Origin: Squalus acanthias
Taxonomy: Eukaryota
Direction of reading: 5' to 3'
NCBI GenBank assembly: GCA_030390025.1
Contig: CM059433.1
Location: 19,718,001-19,782,000, forward strand
Length of the DNA stretch: 64,000 nt
Every line of letters begins with the position of its first letter. Positions within the stretch are counted from its first letter, which is position 1. The position numbers and the translations under genes were made by a program. The notes below the pieces were generated by a model, which did no database searches, had not been told where the DNA came from, and saw only the letters and a program-made list of their open reading frames with translations. Shown one piece after another: positions 51,680 through 63,681 of the stretch.

Positions 51680-52010
51680 GCAAGCTCCCCGGTGCTGCAG
51701 GTAAGTTAAAAAAAAACTGCAGAGTTCGCAGCATGGGGCCCTCCCCTTTAATTCAGGGAAGAGCCCCTGCAATGCGTCAGCGCCACGCGGCCCAGTGCAT
51801 GGCGCTGCTGAGCACATCGCCCCAGGTCGTGAACTTCCCCCCCTCTTGCGCTCCAAGAAGGAAGTGGAGTGCTTGATTTAACGCTCCACTTCCCTCTTGG
51901 AGCAAAAAGTAGGAATTTTAGAAAGACTGGAAGAGGTTAGCTCCTGCCGCTAACTTTTCAGCTTTTCTGATTTAGCACCCCAAACGGGGCTCGAGGGGAA
52001 TTTCTAGCCC
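51680..52010 (+). mobile_element. Right half of a MITE of the 2213-2973 family
   Basis: cgctccaagaaggaagtggag...ctccacttcc hairpin and aatttctagccc end. Confidence 0.82.
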
Positions 52011-52422
52011 ATGAATTCTTAAAAGAATTTCACACTTTAACATTTAAATTAAACACATCCTCATTGTTTTATGAGCATAGTGTTTTAATTTGATTTCATA
52101 TTTAGCTATATTTCCTGAGTCGATGGGTCTGGGTTGTCGGCTAGCTAGACCCGGTCTCTGGGATCACTGGAGCGACAGATGTGGTGCGAGGCTGCCGGAT
52201 ATCTGATGGTAGCATGTAATGGCTGGGAAACGTGGTCAGGCTGCAAGTGCGTGGCAATGGGCAGCTGAGCCCTCCCACATGCAAACCGGTGGTTCCTGCC
52301 AAGGTAAAGGAGCATTGCCCTGCATGAAATTAATTTGGAAATTACGCAGACTTTCAAAATGATGTCATTGGGCTTAGACAGATCAATGGTGGTCCAGCTA
52401 CAACATCACGCGTACTGGGCTC

Positions 52423-53360
52423 TGTTAGATATAGCCAAGTTACGGCTATCTTTGGTCACTTTAAATAATCATGTTCGAGTGCAAACCAATATGGTGGGTA
52501 TATTGTGTTTAATCAGAGTTTAAGTCGGAATATAACACTTTAGTTATATAGTAAAAACATACGACCGTGACAAGAAGCTGATTCCGATCCGATCGGACAG
52601 ACGGTTGACACACGTGAGCAATTCTCTTCTTCCTTTCATCTAGAGCCTCCTTCTCTCTCTCCCGTCTGAGTACAAGCTCTCTCTCTCTTTCTTTCTCTTC
52701 CGTCTGTGAGTACAAGCTTTCGGGAGGTCACTTTTATTCTACTTTTAGGGGTGGGCCTGAACCTGGATATTGTCAAGACCTTTTGACCTATAGAAGTTCC
52801 CCTAAAACCTTAATATCCAATGGGACTTCTAGTTCTTTGTCTCGATTCTTGTGTCAAAGCCCGCCCTAAAGATGTCTTACGATTTTGGCTACTTGTCTTT
52901 CTCTGTTTATATTTTCCCAGGGTTTCCTTCCTGTGGAATTCGTGTCTTATCTCTTTCGTCCGTGCCCTTCTTTGATCTCAAGAGGCCCAACCAGAAACCT
53001 GTTCGCTTCAGAGTGTTACCTCCTTTATGACGTAGCAAATGTTTACGTTAACTTCCCCAAACTTCCTTCCGTTATCTTCGCAAGCAGTTCTGTTAAGCCA
53101 ACTTCAAATCCTACCTTAGCATTATACATAAAATACATAAACAAGGTTCAAGTCTTAACTTAAAAACAACAGATAATCGCTTAGCAACAGGGAGATTACC
53201 CTCCATAGGAAACCAAAACAGTAGCACACATAAGCATTTATCTGTCCCAAGGAGACTTTCCGTCTGCACTTCGAACATAACCATTTAAACACAGCATTTT
53301 TCGCTTCACAGTTTTAATCGCATAACCATATACATTTTTAGGCATCTTTAGTTTCTAACA
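52423..53360 (-). mobile_element. Solo LTR (Gypsy/ERV type), 938 bp
   Basis: TGTTAGA...TCTAACA inverted ends; 4-bp flanks gctc / gccc; promoter-like and polyA-like motifs ordered as in a minus-strand LTR. Confidence 0.75.
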
Positions 53361-54639
53361 GCCCTTAATAACCTAACAATTCACCTTCAGAATTGAAATC
53401 GCTCCTTTAATGTAACAGTCGTGTAGAAAAGTATCAGCGAAAATAAAACAAAACGTATTGAACCAGGGATGATACTGTAATAACAAAGTAACGTCAGTTA
53501 GCTGCCACTCTTTTCTACAGGTTCTTTCTCTGTGATGGATACTCTGTCAATGTCAGCACTATCCTTGGTATGATAGACACCCCCCACTCACATTCTCAGA
53601 AGGAAAGGTCAGATCTGTGATTTCTAACATTCCCATTTCCAGAGCTACATGTCAAGCACTGTCCCATCTGCAGGTTTCAACAAAACTAGGTTAGCTGGAG
53701 TTAACGTGGAGGGTCGATTTAGATTTTTTTCGTTGTCATTTTAAAAGTGATGTGGAACCTTCTGAAGTCCTCCATCACCTGAGGATACTTGTGTGCAACT
53801 TCAAGGGCCTTCTTCTGATCGGCTAGCTTTCTGCTTGAATGAATTTGCTGAGCCTCAGCCTTTCTTTGTGTGAGGGGAAGAACTGACAAATATTAAAGGT
53901 GAACCCTACATGCGCCTGCTGTTTGGGGAAAGGTTAGCCACATTGCTCAGAGTTTGGAAAGTTTCTGCTGTGAGAAAAATGGGAAGAAAATGTCACTATA
54001 TGCTGATAAAATTATAAAGCGTGAGATGTTTAGTTCTCCATTCAGCAGACCAGCTGATGATGTGATTGGTGCTGATGGTGGGAGTAAGAGCGCAGAATAT
54101 GATTCAGCACGGGGCACTCTTGTACATGCAGCAAGGGAAGATCGCATCGACTCTCTACCGACGAACCACTAAACGATGTACATCCTTCTGATTACCGTAG
54201 TCGAATAATTTATCTTACCCCATGGCGCACACCACTGAATGAAGCTGAGTGCGGGTTTTGGAGCGTTCAGATTCTCTGATATCATGGTGATTCAACTTGA
54301 TCGCCTTTGTTGCAAAACAGACAGTAAGGACCTGGTACAGGGAAAATCAATAGGATTCAGGCAGAAAGGCACTTAAAATGAAGTTAGAGCTTTTAGTTGG
54401 TAGCTGTATAATACTGACATCCTGTCATTGTGTGTTTCAGACTGAAGCGATCATACAGTGATTGGGATGATAAACATGTTTGTTATTTTTATTATAATAA
54501 AGTCACTTACTGCAATGAAGGTTTTGCTTCTAATTTGCTTTACTAACAGAATATTGACAAGACAGTCAATTGGTGACTTAAAAACATTTTAAAGGAGTTG
54601 CATGGTTCCTGATATTAAAAGATAGAAAGTTATGTGCCA

Positions 54640-55930
54640 CCTTCCCTTACCATTTTCAGCAGAAACATGTGTTTGATAAAGGTGCCAGATAAGAGACTTG
54701 TTATATGGAAAAGGCAGATGGTATTAAAGAGAATGTAACGATGGCGATGGGACAAGAAGCAAAGAGTGGGGTAAACGGATGTTTTTCTGATTGGTGTGAT
54801 GTTGATAGTGGTGTGTCCCAAGGCTGTGCTGGTATCTTTTGATTTGTTTTTCGTTTACATAAATGATTTGGAAATAGGTACAAGAGGAATGATGTAGAAG
54901 TTTGCTCATGATACCAAATTATGGGACAAGCAACTGTGAGGAAGAATGCAGGTTAGCAAATGGTTCAGATGGACATTAAGATCTCATGGAACTATTCCAA
55001 GAAATGGAGTGGGCAGATGCAGTATAATGCAGAGCAATGTGAGGTTGTACATTCTGGGGAAAAGAAAAGTGAAAGGAACTATACCATAAATGGCAAATCC
55101 TTAACAGAGTGCAGGATTAACAGCATTTTGGGAGCACCTTCACCACACAGACTGCAGTGGTTCAAGAAGTCCCATCACCTTCTCAAGGGCAACTCGGGAT
55201 GGGCAATAAATGACGGCCTTGCCAGCGACGCCCACATCCTGAGAATGAATTTAAAAAAAGGATCAGAGAGATCGAGGGGTGCAGGCACATAAATCTTTCA
55301 AGTTAAAGAGGACATTAAAAAGGCAATTGTGATTCTGGATATTATACATAAGCATTGAATATAGAAGCAAGAAAGGGATATTAAATTTATACAAGGGCAT
55401 TAGTTAGGCCGCAGTTGGAGTATTGTGTGTAGTTCTGGGCACCCATTATAGGAAGGATGTAAGAACGATGGAAAGGGTACAGAGAACATTTACTAGAATG
55501 GCACCAGGAAGGAATGGTTATAGTTATACGAAAGGCTTGAAAATTGGCAACAGTGAACGTTAAGGGGAATGGAATTCAGTAAAGTTTTCAAAATTATGAC
55601 GGACTTTGTGAGTGCAAATAGTGTAAGATTGTTTTTACATGGTGAGCGAATTGGTAGGAAGGGCACATTTCAGGATCACTAGAAGAAACAAGAAGGAAGT
55701 TAGGAGAAATGATTTTACACTTATGGCCAAAAGAACATGGAAAACTTTACCACCAGTGGCGATTGAGACAGAAATTGTAACATAATTTAAAAAACAATTG
55801 GATAAATATTTGAAAAGGGAGAATATAAAAGGGCAGGCAAATGGGATTAGAGTAGACTGCTCCAGTTAAAGAGCTAGCAACAGCACAGGCATGATGGGCC
55901 AAATGGCCTCCTTCTAGACTATAAACTCTA
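54640..55930 (+). mobile_element. Decayed CR1 RT-to-3' fragment with an inserted LINE/SINE tail (~55120-55260)
   Basis: agtggtgtgtcccaagg, tttgctcatgataccaaa, gggccaaatggcctcc tail; insert ends gccagcgacgcccacatcc...aaaaaaa. Confidence 0.75.
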
Positions 55931-56935
55931 ATCATCGACAGTGAATTACTTTAAATTGACAGTGACTGTATTTTTTTATATCCCACTAACAAAAATGAGA
56001 TAAGCAATGAATCCATCTCTTTTGGTGTCATTATTTTGGGAGGAATCTTGACCAGAACTCCCTGCGTTTCGTTGACTAGTCCCATGGGATCTTAACATCC
56101 AGCTAAACCACCTCCGACAATGCAGCACTCGCTAGTGTTACAGGGTCCCCATGTCAGGGGCGCTTGGCCTTAGGTTACACTTTCAGTGATTCAGCTTGGC
56201 AATCCCAATTGGGTATAACAAGGCTTTATTGGAACATTAGCAGAATCAATCATTCACATAGTATTCAAGCAACAATTAACAGAATCATGGTTGGTATTAT
56301 CGAGTCCCTAGACAGCAGGGCCGCCTGGTATGTCTTGTTCAAATCGGCTGTGTTTTGTTCTGTTCATGCTCCTTCATTTATATCTCTTTCCTTTTGGCTC
56401 TGTCATGCTCGCAAACTCTTGCATCAGCCGAAATTCATCACAAACCGTCTGATTGGCTCCACTCTGTCTAGCTTCAACCAGCCATTATCTTACACAGACT
56501 ACTGTGTCCTTGTTTGCCTAGAATTAAGCGTGACCTCCCTCTAATCAACTGTCAAAGCATGCAATTAATAAGTTGTTAACAGTTAATGAGCTTAAGGCCA
56601 TCGAACGGTGATTTAAAAGAGATTTATAATTCATTATATTTCAATGGTATAAAAATGATTGCTTCATCATATTTCAACAGACCCCAACTTGAGGGAGAAG
56701 AACTTCTTCTGATACATCGCTATTATCACTATTATCGTTCCCTTAATAAAGCTGCCATTTCATGTCTATCCACTTTCTTATGTAAGTGTTTTAGAACACC
56801 TCTCAGCCAACAGACTAAATTGAGCAAAACCCCCAGTACCACAATACGACCAGCATCCCCAGTACCACAATCTGAGCAACAATTAAAGATTCAGATAGTA
56901 CGGATACCACAGATGCTCGCCTGTATTATACACTG

Positions 56936-58318
56936 AAATAAAAACAGAAAATGCTGGAAATGCTCAGCATCTGTGGAGAGAGAAAGAGAGTTAATGTTTC
57001 AGGTCAACATTAGAACATAAGAAATAGGAGCAGGAGTAGGCCATTCGGCCCCTCAAGCCTGCTCCGCCATTCAATAAGATCATGGCTGATCTGGTCTTGG
57101 CCTCAACTCCACTTCCCTGCCCGCTCCCCATAACCCTTGACTCCCTTATCATTCAAAAATCTGTGTATCTCCACCTTAAATATATTCAATGACCCAGCCT
57201 CCACAGCTCTCTGGGGTAGAGAATTCCAAAGATTCACAACCCTCTGAGAGAAGAAATTCCTTCTCATCTCCGTTTTTAATGGGCGACCCCTTATTCTGAA
57301 ACTATGGCCCCTAGTTCTAGATTCCCCCACGAGGGGAAACATCCTCTCTGCATCTACCCTGTCAATCCCCCTCAGAATCTTATACGTTTCAATAAGATCA
57401 CCTCTCATTCTTCTAAACTCCAATGAGTATATGCCCAACCTGCTCAACCTTTCTTCATAAGACAACCCTTACATCTCAGGAATCAACCTAGCGAACCTTC
57501 TCTGAACTGCCTCCAATGCAAGTTTATCCCTCCTTAAATAAGGAGACCAAAACTGTATGCAGTACTCCAGGTGTGGTCTCACCAATGCTCTGTACAGTTG
57601 TAGTAAGACTTCCCTACTTTTATATTCCATCCCCCTTGCAATAAAGGCCAACATTCCATTTGCCTTCCTAATTACTTGCTGTACCTGCATGCTAACTTTT
57701 TGTGTTTCATGTACAAGGACCCCCAGATCCCTCTGTACTGCAGCATTTTGTAGTCTCCCTCCATTTAAATAATAATTTGCTTTTTTATTTTTCCTACCAA
57801 AGTGGATAACCTCACATTTTCCCACATTATACTCCACCTGCCAAATTTTTGGCCACTCACTTAACCTATCTATATCCCTTTACAGATTATTTGTGTCCTC
57901 TTCACAACTTGCTTTCCCACCTATCTTTGTATCATCAGCAAATTTGGCTACATTACATTCGATCCCTTCATCCAAGTCATTAATATAGATTGTAAACAGC
58001 TGAGGCCCCAGCACTGATCCCTCTGGCACCCCACTAGTTACAGTTTGCCAACCTGAAAATGACCCATTTATCCCGACTCCCTGTTTCCTGTTGTTAGCCA
58101 CTCCTCTATCCATGCTAAAATATTATCCCCAACCCCGTGAGCTCTTATCTTGTGCAGTAACCTTTTATATGGCACCTTATCGAATGCTTTCTGGAAATGC
58201 AAATACACTACATCTACTGGTTCCCCTTTATCCACCCTGCTCGTTACATCCTCAAAGAACTCTAGCAAATTTGTCAAACATGATTTCGATGGCCTTTGAC
58301 GATGACCTTTCATCAGAC
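56936..58318 (-). mobile_element. Mini Penelope 3' unit (hammerhead-like motif) split by a CR1
   Basis: 12-bp TSD tattata(c/g)actg at 56924-56935 and 58319-58330; halves ...gtttcaggtc | gatgacctttcatcaga. Confidence 0.75.
57008..58287 (-). mobile_element. 5'-truncated CR1 (subfamily A)
   Basis: KSCLTNLLEFF to C-terminus with a few lesions; tagaacataagaa tail. Confidence 0.92.
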
Positions 58319-59106
58319 TATTATAGACTGTCTCCCACCATGAGTGTTTTCCTACTTGTTGGATTTGTCGCTCAGCTCCCTCATTGTCCTGAAGCATGTA
58401 TAGGCATTTCAGGCTATATCTTACACTAGTGCAGTGGAGTGTTGCTCAAGATTATGTACTCAAGTCCTGAAGTGAGGCTTGAAACCACAATTTTCTGACT
58501 CTGAGGTGAGCATGCTATCACTGAGTCAAGCTGACATTCAAATTGACCTGTGATGGAGATCTTGAGGGTCACAATGATTCTATTAATTATTGCAATCACG
58601 TGACATTACAAAACGTATTAACTTTTACCACAGGTGCAAAAATAAACTGTGTGGTGTTATACTGGGATACAGTCACAGCCAAACTTGACTGGAGCTAAGT
58701 ATTAAAGTTAAAACCTTATATGTAGAATCTAGTTGGCAGTTCTGACTGACACTTTGCAAATTGCAAAGCTGTGAATCTGCTACAACACTGATTTTGTTAG
58801 GACCTGTTATCCATGTATAGTGTCAAGCAGCTTTTATATTGAAAGCACAAATGCCACAGCAGTATTGTACAGAACTGCTTCATGTAGAAATGGTTCTGTT
58901 TGCCCTGGCTAGCGCTACACTGGAATCCGCCCGGTTTACATTGGATTCTTAAAGCAGCAACACAAAAACAACTGCGCATGCATAATTGTTAAGAGGATAT
59001 TTTTTTAAACTGAGAAAACAAAGTGAAGGGCCAAGGCCCTTAGCGCAGAGCACTGCCAAGATTGAAAAGAGAAGACAAATTCAGATAGGAAACAGTGATT
59101 ATGTGA

Positions 59107-59910
59107 CAAAAACAGAAAATGCTGGAAACACTCAGCAGGCCAGGCAGGATCCGTGGAGAGAGAAACGGAGTTAGCGTTTCAGGTCAGTGACCCTTCGTCA
59201 GAACTGGAAAAAGTTAGAGATGTAACAGATTTTAACCAGGTGCAGAGGTTGGGAAAGGTTGGGAGGGGAGGAAAGAACAAAAGGGGCGGTCTGTGATATG
59301 GTGGAAAGCAGGAGTGGTTAAATGTTGCAAATGGGGATGGCAGAATTATCAACAGCTGCCACCTGAAAAAATAGAGGCAGAGGTTATAGTCTGAAATTGT
59401 TGAACTCGATGTTGAGTCCAGAAGGCTATAAAGTGCCTAATCGAAAGATGAGGTGCTGTTCCTCGAGCTTACGTTGAAACAGTGTAAGAGGCCGAGGACA
59501 TAGAGGTCAGAGTGGGAGTGGAGCAGGGAATTAAAGTGACAGGCGACCGTAAGCTCGGGGTCACCCTTACGGACTGAACGGAGGTGTTCTGCAAAGCGGT
59601 TACCCAATCTGCGTTTGGTCTCCCCAATGTAGAGGAGACCGCATCGTGAGCAGCAAATACAGTATACTAAATTGTAAGAAGTACAAGTAAATCGCTGTTT
59701 TACCTGGAAGGAGTGTTTGGGGCCCTGGACAGTGGGAAGGGAGGAGGTAAAAGGGCAGGTGTTGCATCTCCTGCGCTTGCACGGGAAGGTGCCGTGGGGA
59801 GGGGAAGGGGTGTTGGGGGTGATTGAGGAGTGGACCAGGGTGTTGCGGAGGGAGCGGTTCCTTCGGAATGCTGAAAGGAAAGGGGGAGATGTGTTTGGTG
59901 GTGGGATCAC
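59107..59910 (-). mobile_element. Penelope-like element 3' fragment: GIY-YIG endonuclease plus terminal repeat
   Basis: ORF 59437-59910 contains CKRRRCNTC and NLVYCICCSRCGLLYIGETKRRLGNRFAEH; hammerhead-like motif at 59169-59205. Confidence 0.9.
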
Positions 59911-59945
59911 AGGCGATCCCTTGCTTGGGTTTTAAAAAGCTGAAG

Positions 59946-61333
59946 GTTGAGGGACTTCAGTTATCTGGAGACTAGAGAAGCTGGGATTGTTCTCCTTTGA
60001 GCAGAGGCAGATTTGATTGAAGTGATCAAAATTATGAGGGGTTTTGATAGAGTAAATAGTGAGAAACTGTTTCCACTGGCAGTAAGGTCAGTAACCAGAG
60101 CACACAGATTTAAGGCAATTGGCAAAAGAACCAGAGGCGACATGAGAAGAATTGTTTTCGAGTTGTTATGTTCTGGAATGCACTGCGTGAAAGGGCGGTG
60201 GAAGCAGTTTCAAAAATAACTTTCAAAAGGGAATTGAATAAATACTTGAAGGGGAATTGTTCACAATTTATATTAACGATTTAGACTTTGGAATCAAAAA
60301 CACAATTTCTAAATTTGCGGGTGACACCAAATTGGGGGAGGGGGGGAATAGTTAATACTGAGGAGGATTGCAACAAATTACAGGAAGATGTTAATAAACT
60401 TGCAGAATGGGCATATAATTGGCAAATGAAATGCAACACAGATAAATGTGAGGTTTTACATTTTGGGAGGAAGAATAGGGAGGTCACTTATTACTTTGAC
60501 AGTGCGAGTCTGAGTGGAGTAAAGGAGCAAAGGGATCTCGGAGTACAAGTACACAAATCACTAAAAGTAGCGACACAGGTTAGCAAGGCCATAAAAAAAA
60601 GCAAACCAAGCACTAGGGTTTATTTCTAGAGGGATAGAATTGAAAAGTAGGGAAGTTATGCTAAACTTGTATCGAACCTTGGTTAGACCACACATGGAGT
60701 ACTGCATCCAATTCTGGTCGCCATATTATAAAAAGGATATAGAGGCACTGGAGAGGGTGCAGAGAAGATTTACAGGGATGATACCAGAAATGCGAGGGTA
60801 TACCTATCAGGAAAGGATGAACAGGCTGGGTCTCTTTTCGCTTGAAAAGAGAAGGCTGAGGGGTGACCTAATTCAGGTCTTTAAAATTATGAAAGGTTTT
60901 GATAGAGTGGATACAGAAAGAGTGTTTCCACTTGTGGGGAAGAGCAAAACTAGAGGCCATCAATATAAGATAGTCACCAAGAAATCCAATAGGGAATTCA
61001 GAAGAAACTTCTTTACCCAGAGAGTGGTGAGAATGGGGAACTCGCTACCACAGGGAGTGGTTGAGGCAAATAGTATAGATGCATTTAAGGGGAGGCTAGA
61101 TAAGCATATGAGGGAGAGAAGGTTATGCTGACAGAGTTAGATGAGGAAAGACGGGAGGAGGCGCGAGTGAAGCATAAACGCCGGCATGGACTGGTTGGGC
61201 CGAATGGCCTGCTTCTGTGCTGTATATCCTATGTAATCCTATGTAATAATTTGCAGAGCTGTGGGAATAATTGGACTGCTCTTTCAAAGAGCCGGCACAG
61301 GCACGACGGGCTGAGTGGCCTTCTTCTGTGCTG
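59946..61333 (+). mobile_element. CR1-C 3' fragment (59946-60256 and 61248-61333) interrupted by a CR1-B copy (60257-61247)
   Basis: Outer sequence resumes after the inner tcctatgtaa tail; the inner copy closely matches ~6050-7015. Confidence 0.88.
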
Positions 61334-63292
61334 TATCATTCTATGATTCTAAGATTTTGCAGCAAGAGGGAAAGACTGTCTGATGTTGAGGAAGAGTGTA
61401 TAGGACAGCACATCTGGAGTTTAGAAGGAACAAGAGAGAAAAGTTTAGAGGAGCATTGACCATAGAATGATAGCAAATATAACAGAGAAAGACAAAAAGG
61501 ATTGCGATTGAAGAAGGGTTGGAAGTTAGAAGTAAGATAGATGAACCTTCAGAGTGCTTTTATGATTTTGCTAGAAATAGTGAATGTAAGAAATCTTCCT
61601 GTTGTGTTTCTGATGTTGCAAATACACAGGGTCCAGGGAGACCTTCCTGCAATGTTTCTGGTGCCACTTATACATAGTAACAAGAGGAAATCTTCCCCCA
61701 GTTATTGTTATGAGGAAAATAAGTCTTTAGCATAGATTTTTTTTTAAAGAAATAAACAATATTTATAATTCATTGAAATGCATGTGCCAAATTCCCCAAA
61801 TGCTTTTTTTCATTGAACGCTCAGTGCAAGAGATCCCAGGGCTGGGACATAAAACATTTCCACATTTTGGACTCTATGCCAACATCAAGCACTCCCAGGC
61901 CAGGTATTGCATGGGCTAGAGGTAGACAATCCATGTTAATTACAATGTCAAGAAAGAAATCCCTTCTGCACCAGTGCACATTTCCACTTCTAGCTCCGTG
62001 AGATAACTAACCTGTAACCTGATGCCAATTTATTGTTATATAAATCATTTGGTACCATGGATTCTTCGCCACAAGGTTGAAAGCACACAAAACAACAGTA
62101 TAACACTTTCACCACTAACAGAGAGTAGAGACTTTTATCCCATTAACCTGGCCTAGATTTGAACCCATGTTTCCAAGATATTCTAACTCACTGCAGCAGC
62201 AAGGGCCCGGAATACTGGAAGTTCTGCTCCATTGGCACACGTGCAGTGGAGCAGAATTCCCGTCCAGTCATGCTGATGGTCATCTCAAATTGTGGAAACA
62301 GAGTCATGAGCATGGTCATGGTGGGCAGTTGGTGCCTGTAAGGGTGTATCAGTGGCACCCACCCCAATCTACTGGCAGGAAGGTGGATCAGGCTGTAGCT
62401 ACTCTACTCATTCTTCAGCTCCTAAGGAAGCCACACAGCAATTAGAAAAGGTAATCAATCCTCACTGGGACCAATTTCCAAAGACTGGGCAATGTCTTGG
62501 GCTTTTTCAAAGGCCTCAATGGAATGAGAGTTCTGTGGAAGCCTTCTAAAGGTGTAACGGGAGGAATTCCTGGGGTAGCCCAGCAACACCCTCCCCCAGA
62601 CACACCCCCTTGATGCAGTGGGGTCAAGGCAGAAGACTCGCCCTCTGCCCCTCCCCACCAGAATTGAAATGGCATTTTGGATAGGGTGGAGTCCTGGTGG
62701 AAATTCCTGGCTTCCCCCCAGATGAAAATTTCCTTTTCTGCCCTCCGCTAACTTAGGAATTTCAGTATCAGGTCTCCCTGGGTTGAATTCTTACCATTGG
62801 GCCTGCCTTGCCCAAGTAGTTGCACTGACCATCTTTTGCTTTGTGCCAAAGGAAATGAAAAATAATTGGATGGTGTGATGAGCATATTACTTGAGCTATA
62901 CTCCTACTTGTGTCCTAGAAAAGAGGCGAGCAACGCGCTTGCTCACCGCTGACCCACATCCAAATGCAGTTTAAATTTAAATTTTCAATTGATTTTTTAA
63001 ACCATAGATGACAGGTTTATCTTTTAAACTTAGCTTTGCACAAAATTGCCACAGGTGCAAAGTCTAAGTGGTGTGAGACTACTTGGAGCTGGTTTCACAC
63101 ATTGTACCTAAATGTCCTTCCGGTGAGATTGCTGCTGAATTAAACTTCACAGTTTGCGTCAATAGAAAGCTATCCATGTAGTATCAACACAAACTGTGCA
63201 GCCTAACTAGCAGCACAGACGGTTTGTTTCTCATTAATTCTTTTCTACAGGCTTCTAGCAACCTCAATATCAATGAGACCTTAAGGTATACA

Positions 63293-63681
63293 CAGAATCA
63301 TGGACTGATACAGCACAGAAGGAGGCCATTCGGCCCATTATACCTCTGCTGGCTCTTTGAAAGAGCTATCCAATTAGTCCCACTCCCCTGCCCTTTCCCC
63401 ATAACCCTTCAATTATTTATCCAATTCCCTTTTGAAAGTTACTATTGAATCTGCTTCCACCACCCTTTCAGGCATTGCATTCCAGATCATAACAACTTGC
63501 TGTGTAAAAAAATTCTCCTCATGTCGCCTCTGGTTCTTTTGCCAATTACCTTAAATCTGTGACCTCTGGTTACCGACCCTCCTACCGCTGGAAATAGTTT
63601 CTCCTTATTTACTCTATCAAAGCCCTTCATGATTTTGAACACCTCTATTGAATCTCCCCTTAACCTTCTCTGCTCCAAGGA
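63293..63681 (-). mobile_element. CR1 3' fragment (subfamily C)
   Basis: EQRRLRGDSIEVFKIM; 3' UTR as at 21383ff. Confidence 0.88.

Larger units (their letters stand above)
56136..58425 (-). mobile_element. Solo LTR (~0.9 kb of own sequence) with nested inserts
   Basis: TG...CA ends; perfect 4-bp TSD CTAG; minus-strand CCAAT (~56451), TATA (~56378) and AATAAA (~56225) in LTR order. Confidence 0.8.
55985..58536 (-). mobile_element. DeuSINE split into ~55985-56135 and 58426-58536
   Basis: ...cctccgacaatgcagcactcgCTAG | CTAGtgcagtggagtg...attatgtactcaagtc continues the family consensus. Confidence 0.75.
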
